Positions 9,559 to 21,699 of a stretch of 64,000 nucleotides of DNA are shown piece after piece (the first letter of the stretch is position 1; the number at the start of each line of letters is the position of its first letter). The DNA is from Mustelus asterias. Taxonomy: Eukaryota. A program made the translations under genes and the position numbers. The notes under the pieces are model-generated. The model did no database searches and was not told the origin of the DNA. It saw only the letters and a program-made list of their open reading frames with translations. The DNA is taken from the NCBI RefSeq assembly GCF_964213995.1, contig NW_027590121.1:2604001-2668000 (forward strand). Reading direction: 5' to 3'.

Positions 9559-10537
9559 AGTGAATCCAGAGAGGGTGCAGACTCTGGAAAGGTTGGCCCA
9601 GGTCTCTCTCCCTCTCTTAAAGACATTGACGTTCTTTGCTCCCTCAGCTTGACACATTGATTTGCTTGGTTAAGAGGATGTTCTCTTTCCTAATGTTCAG
9701 AATTAAAGGGCTGCTTTCCCCAGGAGATGGCTGACATTTAAGGGGACAGTAAATTAATATAGGACAGAGATATATCTTGTGATTTTTTTTGTCACAGATT
9801 TGATAAATTATTTATGGTTCTGCAATGAAGTAATTTATTCTTATTTATATTCTTGTAATATTGTTCTGTACCTCTGTTATATACTTCCAGTTATGGAGTC
9901 ATTACAGCAAAGGGGTCCTTTCAGCCACACACGTCCATCCTGACTCTTGGTCAAAGTGAAGCAGTGAACATGGATCTGTCAATCAGCCTCAATCAGCACC
10001 TTCAGGAGAATTGGGAGGGTGAGTATTAGATACAGCAGAGTGAGAATGGAGGGAGAGTGTGTGGGATGGAGATTCACAGGAATGAGAGAGGAAAGAATGT
10101 TCCATAGAAACTAGAATTGTCTGTTCTGAATTTCTATCCTGTACTGACACTGATGCATTTTGTAAACTCCTTTTACAGGATATCTGAAGGTGATGATTTG
10201 CAGGCAGAAATATCAAACCAAATGTCACACTAAGATCTCACAAATTCACTCTATTTATCGGAACCTGAATATCATCAGTCTTTCAATTTAGAAGGATAAA
10301 TATTTGTCTGTTCTGTCTTTTTCAGGAGATCTTCAATATCAGTGTGCCTGGAAAAGCACTGAAACACACACACACCTGAGTGAGCGTGTTCCAGTGCACG
10401 GACTGTGGAAAGAGCTTTAACACAGTCTGAAAAAACATTGCATCATTCACATCAGGGAGAGAAATTAATTGTGTTCTGTGTGTGGACGAGGCTTCAGCAG
10501 ATCGTGAAACCAGCAGAGTCACAAGGACACCTGCACC

Positions 10538-11212
10538 ATGGAGAAACGGTGGAAATGTGGGGACTGTGGGAAGGGATTCAATTACCCATCAAAGCTGGAA
10601 ACTCATCGACGCAGTCACACTGGGGAGAGACCATTCACCTGCTCTCAGTATGGGAAGGGATTTAGTCAATTCTCCCTTCTGCTTACACACCAGCGAGTTC
10701 ACACCGGGGAGAGGCCGTTCACCTGTTCGGAGTGTGGGAAGGGATTCAGCGATTTACCCACACTGCGGAGACACCAGCGAGTTCACACTGGGGAGAGACC
10801 ATTCACCTGCCCTGTTTGTGGAAATGTTTTCAGCAATTCATCCACACTACTGACACACCAGCGAGTTCACACTGGAGACAGACCGTTCAATTGCTCTGAC
10901 TGTGGAAAGGGATTCATTCAGTCATCCCACTTGCTGACACACCAGCGGGTCCACAGAGGGGAAAAGCCATTCACCTGCTCTGAGTGTGGGAGAGGATTCA
11001 GTGATTCATCAAACCTGCTGACACACCAGCGAGTTCACACTGAGAAGAAGCCATTCAACTGCTCTGTGTGTGGAAGGGGATTCAAACATTCAGCAACCGT
11101 GATGAAACACCAGCGAGTTCACACCAGGGAGAGGCCGTTCATCTGCTCCATGTGTGGGAAGGGATTCACATTGTTCTGCAACTTGCAGAGACACCAGCGA
11201 GTTCACAAATGA
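10538..11212 (+). CDS. C2H2 zinc-finger protein B, 224 aa, 8 fingers (finger 2 has C->Y)
   Basis: accATGG start, tandem fingers, acceptor ttttacag|G at 10178/10179, AATAAA at about 11626. Confidence 0.9.
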   Translation: MEKRWKCGDCGKGFNYPSKLETHRRSHTGERPFTCSQYGKGFSQFSLLLTHQRVHTGERPFTCSECGKGFSDLPTLRRHQRVHTGERPFTCPVCGNVFSNSSTLLTHQRVHTGDRPFNCSDCGKGFIQSSHLLTHQRVHRGEKPFTCSECGRGFSDSSNLLTHQRVHTEKKPFNCSVCGRGFKHSATVMKHQRVHTRERPFICSMCGKGFTLFCNLQRHQRVHK

Positions 11213-12074
11213 TGACAGGGTTGGATTCTGCGGTTATTGCTGTGGTTAATCACATCCAGGACTGAACCATGTTCATTCTGACAGGAGGTGAAGTGGGAGG
11301 GTCGGAGGGTTTCTTTCTCGTGGACTGGCCGGTCCCACAACTTTGCTTCCAGTGGGCTGATGCTCTTTGAGCCTGGGAGAGCACATTTCCACTGAAATGA
11401 TCCACATTTGATGGCAGGATTAGAGGATACATGTGAAGCTTCTTGTAGTTTAATTGTGAATGTCAGTGCTGGAGAAATACTATTTCTTAAATTGTATTCG
11501 CTTTTTAACTTAAAGAGAAATAGTCACTTTCCTTCAACATACACACAGGTTAGTGTGGGTTTGATTATCAGTTTCTGTAATGGTGATGTTGTGATGTATT
11601 TTCTGTTACTTTTATTTCTTATGAAAATAAAATAAAAATGGTATTTTGTAATGTGTATGTTGCTTCCTGAGCTTTAGCACACCTGTCACCTTTCTGCGTA
11701 GATTTTCTATGTTCTGTAATAATTGTATTAGTTTAAGTTTGTGTAGCTCTTGTACTTTTAGTTATTTGTCTTTAAGTAACTTGCTTCAGGCGTCGGCAGT
11801 CACTAAGAAATGAAACATCACACCTCAGATGTAGCAGTTAGGTCGATGAGCCTGAGGAACATCAATCATCAGGAAGTGACACCACACGTCCTTTTATTAC
11901 AAAGAAGCAGACACACAAATGACCTTGTGCTGCCTTGTTATCTCAGTGGAAAAGCTTTAAACTTACTACAGCAGCAGGGAAAAGCAATAAAGAAAAGGAT
12001 GTTGCTGCAAGTGACTGAGATCCTGGATTAACTCAGTTAGGAGTTAATGGGAAGTGATATCAGCAAGGTGACCC

Positions 12075-12397
12075 GGGCAGCACGGTGGCACAGTGGTTAG
12101 CACTGCTGCCGCACAGTGCCAGGAACCTGGGTTCAATTCCGGCCTTGAGCAACTGTGTGGAGTGAGTACGTTCTCCCCGTGTCCGCATGGGTTTTCTTCA
12201 GGTGCTCCGGTTTCCTCCCACACTCCAAAGATGTGCAGGTTAGATTGATTGTGTTAAATTGCCCCTTAGTGTCAGGGGAATTAGTTGGGTGAATACGTGG
12301 GGTTACGGGAATAGGTACTGGGTGGGATTGTGGTCAGTGCAGACTCGATGGGCCGAATGGCCTCCTTCTGCACTGTAGGGATTCGATGATTTCTATG
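12075..12397 (+). mobile_element. HE1-type V-SINE with a 33-bp flanking direct repeat
   Basis: Full-length SINE. gagttaatgggaagtga[t/c]atcagcaag[g/a]tgacc occurs at 12041-12073 and 12397-12429. Confidence 0.9.
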
Positions 12398-13734
12398 AGT
12401 TAATGGGAAGTGACATCAGCAAGATGACCAATATCCTTCAGGGACCAATCAGACATTGATCATGCACCATTTTATCAATCAGGGATTGATCATGTGCTGC
12501 TTGGGCCACTCAGAACCACAGCAGATGAGCGACAAAGCTGAATGAGCGAATACCACACAGAGATAGTTGTGAGCGAGGGTTAATGAGCGACAATTTTCCG
12601 GAGCTCGGTGCGCAACACAACACAACATGAAGTAAGAAGATAGACTTTGGTCAACAGAACAGCCGACAGCCACAGTCAACCAGAAGCCGAGAGCTGGTGT
12701 TCCAGAGTGAGTGGACTGATCCACTGTGTTTAAATATTGTGATTTTGTACTGATTACAATTAATAAATTCTGTGACAACATTCTTGTACCCGGAATGGTC
12801 TGTAACTAGTCAGGAGCTGCAGATTCCTTTCACAACTTATTCCAATGGGTAACTGACTTCAGGATTACAATTGAGATTGGAGCTAAACCCATATCTGACA
12901 ACAGGATAGAATTGAAGGGAGAAGTGTGGGTCTAAGACCAGTGTTTTAAACCAAAATAAAGGGACTGAAGGCAGAGCTGGCAAAGCCATACAAAGTAAGG
13001 GAAATTATATTGTTTGATCTTTGATTTGTTTGACACATTTTCTGTGTATTTCGATGATCCTGGTTGGGACAGTTAATGTTTAAAGAGAAATTCAAAAAGC
13101 TGGTAATTTACTGTAAGAATTATACCACAAGATTTTATGCATTTAACCGAAAACAAACTTTATTGGATATATGAAACAAAAGAAAATTAAAAATCAACAC
13201 TACAAACTTAACACTGTAGTTTAGAAATACTTATGTTATAAACTCAGTTCTACTTTTTAACTTCTACCCCTAGGTTTCCCTAATACTTCATGATATCTTG
13301 AAGGTTCATTCACTTCTGTTCCTGTGAACATATGGAAAGTATGTCAAAGCTCCCCAGAATTCACTTTTAATTCTCCGTGTTCCAGCTATTCTCCAAGATT
13401 TTATGAGGTCCTTCCATTAGTTTCCCACTAAACAACCTTCTAACTTTCCTCTAAGATCCCAAAACTGTGGACTCCTCAGTCCAAACCTGAGCTTCACTGC
13501 CTTCTTGTGGAGGGATTTAAACATGAGGAACAGCCCTGGTTCCTCATGGCCCTCTGGGCTTCTAGTCCCACAGCTGGTTCACAGCTCCTGCTCCCACAGC
13601 TGGTTCACAGCTCCTGGATCCACAGCTGACAGCTTCCAGGCTAACTGCAGACTGCCTGATTTCTGTGAAACGTCAAAACCTCTCTCGTTTCTCCTTCCCG
13701 TTTAACTCAGGGTCTGCGGAATATTCCATTCAGG

Positions 13735-14127
13735 GGGAGGTGGTGGGATAGTGGGAATGTCTCTGGCCGAGTAATGCAGAGACCCAGCAAAGGATCCGGG
13801 GACAGGCAGCTGGTAGGATTTGAATTCAGTGAATCAATCTGGAATTATATAAAGTTAGTTTCATGGTCACCGTTACGAGACTATCATTGATTGTTGTAAA
13901 AACCTGTCCAGTTCACCCTATTAATGCTCCCTATTAGGGAGGGAAATCTGCCATCCTTACCCGGTCTGGCCGACATGTGAATCCAGACCCACACAGCAAT
14001 GTGGGTGACTCTTAACTGCCCCTCTGAAATGGCCGAGCAAGTCACTCCGTTCAGGGGCAATTAGGAGCTGAGCAACGTGTGCTGGGGCTTTGCCAGCAGT
14101 GTCCACATCCCAGGAAAGAATAAAGAA
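13735..14127 (+). mobile_element. SacSINE1-like DeuSINE (diverged)
   Basis: Core agggaaatctgccatccttacccggtctggcc..atgtga..ccagacccacacagcaatgtgg and tail gtccacatcccaggaaagaataaa. Confidence 0.75.
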
Positions 14128-14769
14128 TATTCCATGGAAAGTGATGGGTGATTTGAAATGAATTGAAAGTAGGTCAGGAGGTGCTCGTATCATCCAGAGC
14201 TGCTTTTCAATGGATCCTCCTGTTTAAAATAAAAACACATCAGTGTGCCCCTTTCCCAGACACACTGACCTTGGAATATCACAATGCTGTTTTTAAACAT
14301 TCCTTTGTTAAAGAATCAGTCATTTAGAATTGTGAAACAGACAGAAATTAAATGTCCCGTTTTTCCTGGGATCCTCCTGTGCCTGGCACCGGTGTCCTGA
14401 ACAAGGTTATTAACATTCTCTGGGTTAAAGGTTCCTCCTGGTTCTTGCTGTCTGTTGTGTCCTTTGTCACAGTCGGTACCAGGACATTTCTATTGAAAGG
14501 TTGTTAAGAAATTCCAGTGAATTCCAGTCCCTTGTGTAACGTTCCATTTGGTGTGTGTCAGATTCAGAGATGTCCACGTGTGTGTGAAAAGGGTTCTGGG
14601 TAAGGGTTTTAACCCTTCTTTCCCCGTTAGTAACAATGAGCCCTTTATTCAATTCTAAAGTATAAAGTCCTCATTAGATATCAATTCTACCTGTTATCTA
14701 CATTTCACCAACCAGTCTATATTTTCATCACAGGACTGCAGTGGGAGCACCGTCAACATCTTACTAACT

Positions 14770-15945
14770 TGATCGATTTTATCGAGGGGATGACGAAGGT
14801 GATCGATGAGGGTAGAGCAGTGGATGTTGTGAACATGGATTTTAGTGAGGCTTTCAACAAGGTCCCTCATGGTCGGCTCATCCAGAAGATTAAGATGCAT
14901 GGGATTCACGGTGACTTGGCCGCTTGGATTCAGAATTGACTTGCCCATAGAAGTCAGGGAGTAGTGGTGGAGGGTGTTTTTCTGACTGGAGGTCCATGAC
15001 TCGTGGTGTTCTGCAGGGATCCGTACTGGGACCTGCGCTATTTGTGATATATATAAATGACTTGATGAAAACGTGGATGGGTGGGTTGGTAAGCTTGCAG
15101 ATGACACAAAACTAGATGGAGTTGTAGATAATGTAGAAGGTTGTCAAAGGATACAGTGGGATGTAGATCAGCTGCAGATATGAGCGGAGAAATGGCAGAT
15201 GGATTTTAATTCGGGCAAGTGTGAGGTGCTGCACTTTGGGAGATCAAATATTAAGGATAAGTATACAGTTCATGTACAGAGGTCTTGGGGTTCAAGTCCA
15301 TAGCTTCCTGAAATTAGCCACACAAATATTTATCGGTAAAGAAGGCATATGGCATGCTGGCCTTTATTGAGTACAAGAGTCAGCGTGTCATGTTGCAGCT
15401 TTATAAAACTTTGTTTGGGCTGCACTTAGAATATTGTGTTCAATTCTGGTCACCACATTACAGAAAGGATGGAGAGGTTTTGATGAAGATGCAGAAGAGG
15501 TTTTCAGGATGCTGCCTGGATTGGAGGGTGTGAGCGACTGACAAACGAGGGTTGTTTTCTCGATAGCGGTGGAGGGTGAGGGGAGACCTGATAGCAGTCT
15601 ATAAAATGAGAGACATAGAATCTTTTCCCTCAGAATTGATATGTCTAATACCAGGGAGCATGCACTTAAGGTGAGACGGGGAAAGTTCAAAGGAGATGTG
15701 AGAGGTAAGGTTTTTTACACAGAGAGTGGTAGGTGTCTGGGATGCGCTGCTAGGAGTGGTGGTGGAGGCAGATACGATAGGGGCGTTTAAGGGGGTTTTA
15801 AATAAGCACATGAATATGCAAGGAATAGAGGAATATGGACCAAGGGCAGGCAGAAAGGAATAGTTTAATTTGGCATCATGTTCGACACAACATGGTGGGC
15901 TGAAGGGTCTGTTCCTGTGCTGTACTGTTCTACGTTCTATTTGTG
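14770..15945 (+). mobile_element. CR1/HER1 LINE ORF2 3' fragment, degenerate
   Basis: Remnants of AVDVVNMDFSEAFNKVPH, GVLQGSVLGPALF and KLADDTKL, plus 3' UTR tgtactgttctacgttcta. Confidence 0.88.
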
Positions 15946-16404
15946 ATCTCCATTTAGAAAAAGGAAATAGAGGCACTGGAGAAGGGGCAAGAAAGATTCA
16001 CAAGAATAATCCCAGAACTGTCATCACTTGTGAACTCACTGGTGTTTCACCAAGTTTGCTGACTGAGTGAATCCCTTCCCAGTCAGAGCAGGTGACCAGC
16101 CTCTGCCTGGTGTGAACTCACTGGTGGGACATTAGTTCCCGAGAGCTTTTGAAGCCACGCCCACATTTAAAGGGTCTCTCCTGGGTGTGATGATGTTGTG
16201 TTTGGGCAGGCTGGATAACCGAGTAAATCCTTTCGCACACACCGAGCAGGTGAATGGTTTCTCCCTGGTGTGAACTCACTGGCGTTTCAGCAGTGTTGAT
16301 GATATTCTAAACCTCCCTGAACAGTGAGAGCAGCTGAACGGCCTCTCCCCGGTGTGAATGTGCTCGGGGATCATCAGTTCCTGAGAGCTTTTGAAGCCGG
16401 CCTC

Positions 16405-17778
16405 TCAGGCAGAGCATTTAAAGGGGCTCTCCTTGGGGTGAGTGGCTTTGTGTTTCTGCAGGCTGGATGACTGAGTGAATCCCTTCCCACACACAGAGCA
16501 GGGGAATGGTCTCTCCCCAGTGTGAACTCGCTGATGTTCCCACAGGCTGGATGACCTTTTAAACCTCTTTGTGCAGTGAGAGCAGCTGAACGGTCTCTCC
16601 TCAGTGTGAATGCGCTGGTGGGACACCAGGTCCTGAGAGCTTTTGAATCCGCTCCCACAGTCAGAGCATTTAAACGGTCTCTCATTAGTGTGAGTGACTT
16701 TGTGTCTGCGCAGGTGGGATGAAGTAGTGAATCCCTTCCCACACACCGAGCAGGTGAATGGTCTCTCCCCGGTGTGAACTCGATGGTGTTTCAGCAGGTT
16801 GTATGATGTTCTAAATCTCTTTGTGCAGAGAGAGCAGCTGAACGGTCTCTCCTCAGTGTGAATGCGCTGGTGGGACATCAGATCCTGAGAGCTTTTGAAG
16901 CCATTCCCACAGTCAGAGCATTTAAATGGTCGCTCACTGGTGTGAGTGGCTTTGTGTTTCTGCAAGCTGCATGACTGAGTGAATCCCTTCTCACACACAG
17001 AGCAGGTGAATGGCCTCTCCCCGGTGTGAACTCGCTGGTGAATCTGCAGATTGGATGAAGTTCTAAATCTCATTGAGCAGTGAGAGCAGCTGAACGGTCT
17101 CTCCTCAGTGTGAATGCGCTGGTGAATCATCAGTTCCCGAGAACTTTTGAAACCACTCCCACAGTCAGAGCATTTAAATGGTCTCTCATTGGTGTGAGAG
17201 AGATTGTGTTTCTGCAGGCTGGATAACTGAGCGAATCCCTTCCCACACACAGAGCAGGTGAACGGCCTCTCCCCAGTGTGAACTCCCTGGTGTGTTTGTA
17301 AATGGGATGACTGAGTGAATCCCTTCCCGCACACAGAGCAGGTGAATGGTCTCTCCCCAGTGTGAACTCGCTGGTGTATCTTCAGGTTGGATGAAGTTCT
17401 AAATCTCTTTGTGCAGTGAGAGCAGCTGAACGGTCTCTCCTCAATGTGAGCGCGCTGGTGGGACAGCAGTTCCCCAGAGCTTTTGAAACCGCTCCCACAG
17501 TCAGAGTATTTAAATGGTCTCTCATTGGTGTGAGTGAGATTGTGTTTCTGCAGGCTGGATAACTGACTGAATCCCTTCCCACACACACAGCAGGTGAATG
17601 GCCTCTCCCCAGTGTGAACTCGTTGGTGTCTCTGCAGATTAGGTAAGTCAGTGAATCCCTTCCCACACACAGAGCAGGTGAACGGCCTCTCCCCAGTGTG
17701 ACTGCGTTGATGAATTTCCAGTAGAGATGGGAACCTGAATCCCTTCCCACATTTCCCACATTTCCACGGTTTCTCCAT
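16405..17778 (-). CDS. C2H2 zinc-finger protein C, 457 aa, 16 fingers (finger 4 has C->Y); decayed fingers continue past the stop to about 16030
   Basis: accATGG at 17778, three-finger periodic array, acceptor cttacag|G at 18128/18127. Confidence 0.9.
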   Translation of the reverse strand: MEKPWKCGKCGKGFRFPSLLEIHQRSHTGERPFTCSVCGKGFTDLPNLQRHQRVHTGERPFTCCVCGKGFSQLSSLQKHNLTHTNERPFKYSDCGSGFKSSGELLSHQRAHIEERPFSCSHCTKRFRTSSNLKIHQRVHTGERPFTCSVCGKGFTQSSHLQTHQGVHTGERPFTCSVCGKGFAQLSSLQKHNLSHTNERPFKCSDCGSGFKSSRELMIHQRIHTEERPFSCSHCSMRFRTSSNLQIHQRVHTGERPFTCSVCEKGFTQSCSLQKHKATHTSERPFKCSDCGNGFKSSQDLMSHQRIHTEERPFSCSLCTKRFRTSYNLLKHHRVHTGERPFTCSVCGKGFTTSSHLRRHKVTHTNERPFKCSDCGSGFKSSQDLVSHQRIHTEERPFSCSHCTKRFKRSSSLWEHQRVHTGERPFPCSVCGKGFTQSSSLQKHKATHPKESPFKCSA

Positions 17779-19077
17779 GGTTCGGGTGTCCTTGTGACTC
17801 TCCAGGTTAAACAATCAGTTAAATCTCACACAGAACACAGGTACAGTCTCTCCCGCTGTGAATGCTGCGATGTATTTTCAGGCTGTGTAACTGGTTAAAG
17901 CTCTTTCCACACTCAGTGCACTGGAACACTCTCACTCGGGTGTGTGTATCTCAGTGCATTCCTAGTCACAGCGATGTTTACAATCTTTTGAAGCCAAGAG
18001 GCCAAACAAACATTTCTCCTGCTAGCTTCAAAAGCCGATGATATTCAGGTCCCAAGAAATCAAGTCACTCTGTCAGATCTCGATGTGATGTTGGAGATTT
18101 CTGTCTGATTTCTCCTTGTCTAATATCCTGTAAGTCAATTTAGAAAAAAAGAAATCGCAATTCAGAATATGATCGAAATTCAAATCTACATTTCTAGTTT
18201 ATGGAGCATTCATTAAAGACACAGTCATGGAGCATTAAACTTGCCCAGCAGGGCCTCCCGTATCAGCACACAGGCAGCTGCTTTGTGAGACTGCCAGCAG
18301 TACAGACAAGTCAGAGATAAGGGTGTCCTCAGAAGTGGGATTCATTGTGAAAGCTCAGGGACGGTTGATAAGATGCAGCAATTCTGTGATTCTAATGAAC
18401 GTTCTTTCCTCTCCCATTCCCCAAAAGACGTGAGCCTCCATCCCACACACTCTCCCTCCATTCTCACTCTGCTGTATCTAATATTCACCCTCCCAATTCT
18501 CCTGAAGGTGCTGATTGAGGCTGATTGACAGATCCATGCTCACTGCTTCCTGTCCAGCACAGAAATCAGAACAAATAGGAGCTGCAGTCAGCATTCGGCC
18601 CATCGAGTCTGCTCAACCATTCATTCAGATTATTGGTTGATCTACCTCTGCATTATTTTCCCCACACTGTCCCCCATATACATCGATATCTTCAATATCT
18701 AGAAACCTATCAATCCCTCTCTTGAAAATTCTTGATGACTGAGGCTCTATAGTCCTCTGGGGTAGAGAATCCAAAACATCACCACATCCTTGAGTGAAGA
18801 AATCCTTCCTCATCTGAGCTTTCTCTCCATTTTCCAGCCTGTTCCCAATAATTATTGACTCCCTTGTCATTCAAAAACTGTCTAACTCATCCTTGAATAC
18901 ATTCAATCCCTCCACTGGTCCCTATGGAAGAGAAATCTTGATACTAACAATTCTCTGAGGGAAGAGATTGTTGGAAATATATAATATAGCTGTCGTCCAA
19001 AATTACACAGCCAGATATAATAAGTGTATTTTATTACAGAGCTATAAATAATATATCTAATCTGTACCATATAACAG

Positions 19078-19468
19078 GGAAGCGGATAGCCTCGTGGTAT
19101 TATCGCTAGACTATTAATCCAGAAATTTAGCTGATGTTCTGGGGACCCAGGTTTGAATCCTGCCACGGCAGATGGTGGAATTTGAATTTAAAAACAAAAT
19201 CTAGAACTAAGAATCTACTGATGACCATGAAATCATTGTTGATTGACCAGAAAAACCCATTTGGTTCATTAATGTGCTTTAGGGAAGGAAATCTGCCGTC
19301 CTTACCCAGTCTGGCCTACATGTGACTCCAGAGCCACAGTAATGTGGTTGACTCTCAACCATCCTCCGAAATGGCCCAGCGAGCCATTCAGTTCAAGGGG
19401 CAATTAGGGATGGGCAATAAATGCTGGCCCAGCCGGCAATGCCCGTGTCCCAAGGATGAATAAAAAAA
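19078..19468 (+). mobile_element. SacSINE1-like DeuSINE
   Basis: tRNA-like head (ggtttgaatcc B box), Deu core, and tail gggcaattagggatgggcaataaatgctggcc...gaataaaaaaa. Confidence 0.82.
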
Positions 19469-19995
19469 CATCAGACGTGTCTCTGTCCGATATTAGTTTA
19501 CTGTCCCCTTTAATATATATCAGAAATTAGATGGGCACATGAAGGAAATAAACTCGCAGGGGAAAGGGAATATAGAAAGGGAATGGGACTGACTGGATTG
19601 TTCTACAGAGAGTCGGCATGGATTCGAGTTACTGAATGGACTCCTTCTGCGCTGTAATGACTCAATGAGTGGAAATATATAACATTGCTTCAGTGTTACA
19701 TTACAAGATGAGAAATAATGATAAATGTACTTTGTTACAGAACCATAAATAATATACCAAATCTACAATATAACAACACTAAGCATATCTCTGTCCTATA
19801 TTAATTTATTGTTCTTTTAAATGTCAGCCATCTCCTCAGGAAACCAGCCCTTTAATTGTGAACATTAGGAAAGGGACTTTTTAGCCAGAAATCAATGTGT
19901 CAAGCTGAGGGAGCAAAGGATCTCAATGTCTTTAAGAGAAATTGCAGTGTTAATATAAGCCTTACTTGAGACTAATAAATAAACTTTAAACTTTA

Positions 19996-20327
19996 GGGGC
20001 GGCACGGTAGCACAGTGGTTAGCACTGCTGCTTCACAGCTCCAGGGTCCCGGGTTCGATTCCCGGCTCGGGTCACTGTCTGTGTGGAGTTTGCACATTCT
20101 CCTCGTGTCTGCGTGGGTTTCCTCCGGGTGCTCCGGTTTCCTCCCACAGTCCAAAGATGTGTGGGTTAGGTTGATTGGCCAGGTTAAAAATTGCCCCTTA
20201 GAGTTCTGAGATGCGTGGATTAGCGGGTAAATATGTGGGGGTAGGGCCTGGGTGGGATTGTGGTCGGTGCAGACTCGATGGGCCGAATGGCCTCCTTCTG
20301 CACTGTAGGGTTTCTATGAGTTCTATA
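19996..20327 (+). mobile_element. HE1-type V-SINE, young
   Basis: Intact A box (tagcacagtgg) and B box (ggttcgattcc), V-domain and tail; CpGs are retained. Confidence 0.92.
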
Positions 20328-20446
20328 ATATAAACTACCCAATTCTCCTGAAGGTGCTAATTAATGCTGATCGACACTCACCATTTCATGTTCCTGACAG
20401 ATCATAAGAAATAGTTAGAAATTCAGCCCACCAAGCTGTTCAATTG

Positions 20447-20887
20447 AATTTTTTTTATTCATTCATGGGACATGGATGTTGCTGGCTGGCCAGCATTTAT
20501 TACCCATCCCCAGTAGCCCTTGGAGGGCAGTTGAGAGTCAACCACATTGTTGTGGCTTTGGAGTCACATGAAGGCCAGACCAGTTAAGGATGGCAGATTT
20601 CATTCCCTGAAGCACATTAGTGAACCAGATAGGTTTTTCCGACAATCGAAAGGGTTTCATGGTCATCAGGAATTTCTTAATTCCAGATATTTTTAATTGA
20701 ATTCAAATTCCACCAGCTGCTGTGGGGTGGGATTGTTGTCGGTGCAGACTCGATGGGCTGAATGGCCTCCTTCTGTACTGTAGGATTTCTATGATTCTAT
20801 GGCAGGATTCAAACCCGGGTCCCCAGAACATTAGCTGAGTTTCTGAATTAATAGTCCAGCAATAATACCACAAGGCCATCGTCTCCC
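20447..20887 (-). mobile_element. SacSINE1-like DeuSINE interrupted by an HE1 tail fragment (about 20725-20800, +)
   Basis: Reverse-complement homology to 19078..19468 on both sides of the inserted tail. Confidence 0.82.
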
Positions 20888-21699
20888 CATCAAGATCATG
20901 GCTGATCTGATTGTGATCTTAACTCCACTTTTCTTCCTGTCACCCTTGACTCCCTTTTCGATCAGAATTCTCTGTATTTTGAGTATATTTAATGATGCAG
21001 CCTCCACTGCTCTCTGGGGAAGAGAATTGCAAAGACTAACGGCCCTCTGAGGGAAGACATTTCTCCTCCTCGCCATCAGAAATGGGGGACCCTTTATTTT
21101 GACAATCTGCCGACTAATTCTGGAATCCCCAACATTGGAAACATCCTCTCTTCATCTATACTAATCACTACCTCACAATCTGATGTCAATACTATGATCA
21201 CCTCTAAACTCCAGTCAATACAGGCCCAAACTTTCCTCACAAAACAATCCCTTCATCCCAGCTATCAGCCTGCAGATCCTTCTCTGAACTGACAATGACA
21301 GAGAGGTGATCAGGGAGGGCAGAGGTGAAACAAAGCAATGGATGGACATGGATTCAGATCCACAGTAACGGAGTCACACCAGCCCCAGAGACGTGGAACG
21401 AGAGTACAGATAACAGAGCACAGGACGAAAATTCAAAATTATAGGTAAATGTTCAATAATACTCACCTCTGAAACAATTTCACTATTTTCTCATTTAAAA
21501 CCTGCGGCTGGAAAGATGTCAGAAGCACTGGAATCAGAGAAAAATTGCAATCTTCAAATGTTCCAACTCCCTGCAAAAGGAGATTACAAGAGTCATGTGT
21601 CAATTGTGGCTTGAAATTAAGAAACACACATTTTTTGGGGGGTTTGAGATTGCTGTAAAAATCCTCTTCTTCTAACCATCTGTAAAAGGAGATTCCAAA

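Larger units (their letters stand above)
13672..18245. repeat. Segmental duplication copy 1 (direct repeat of 44934..49336)
   Basis: Colinear, highly similar DeuSINE, unique spacer, CR1 fragment and ZNF exon. Homology ends at gagcattaaacttgcc in both copies. Confidence 0.93.

Noticed and set aside
19996-20075. tRNA-like sequences with A and B boxes at many sites
   Set aside because: They are SINE heads continuing into V or Deu domains and LINE tails, not tRNA genes.
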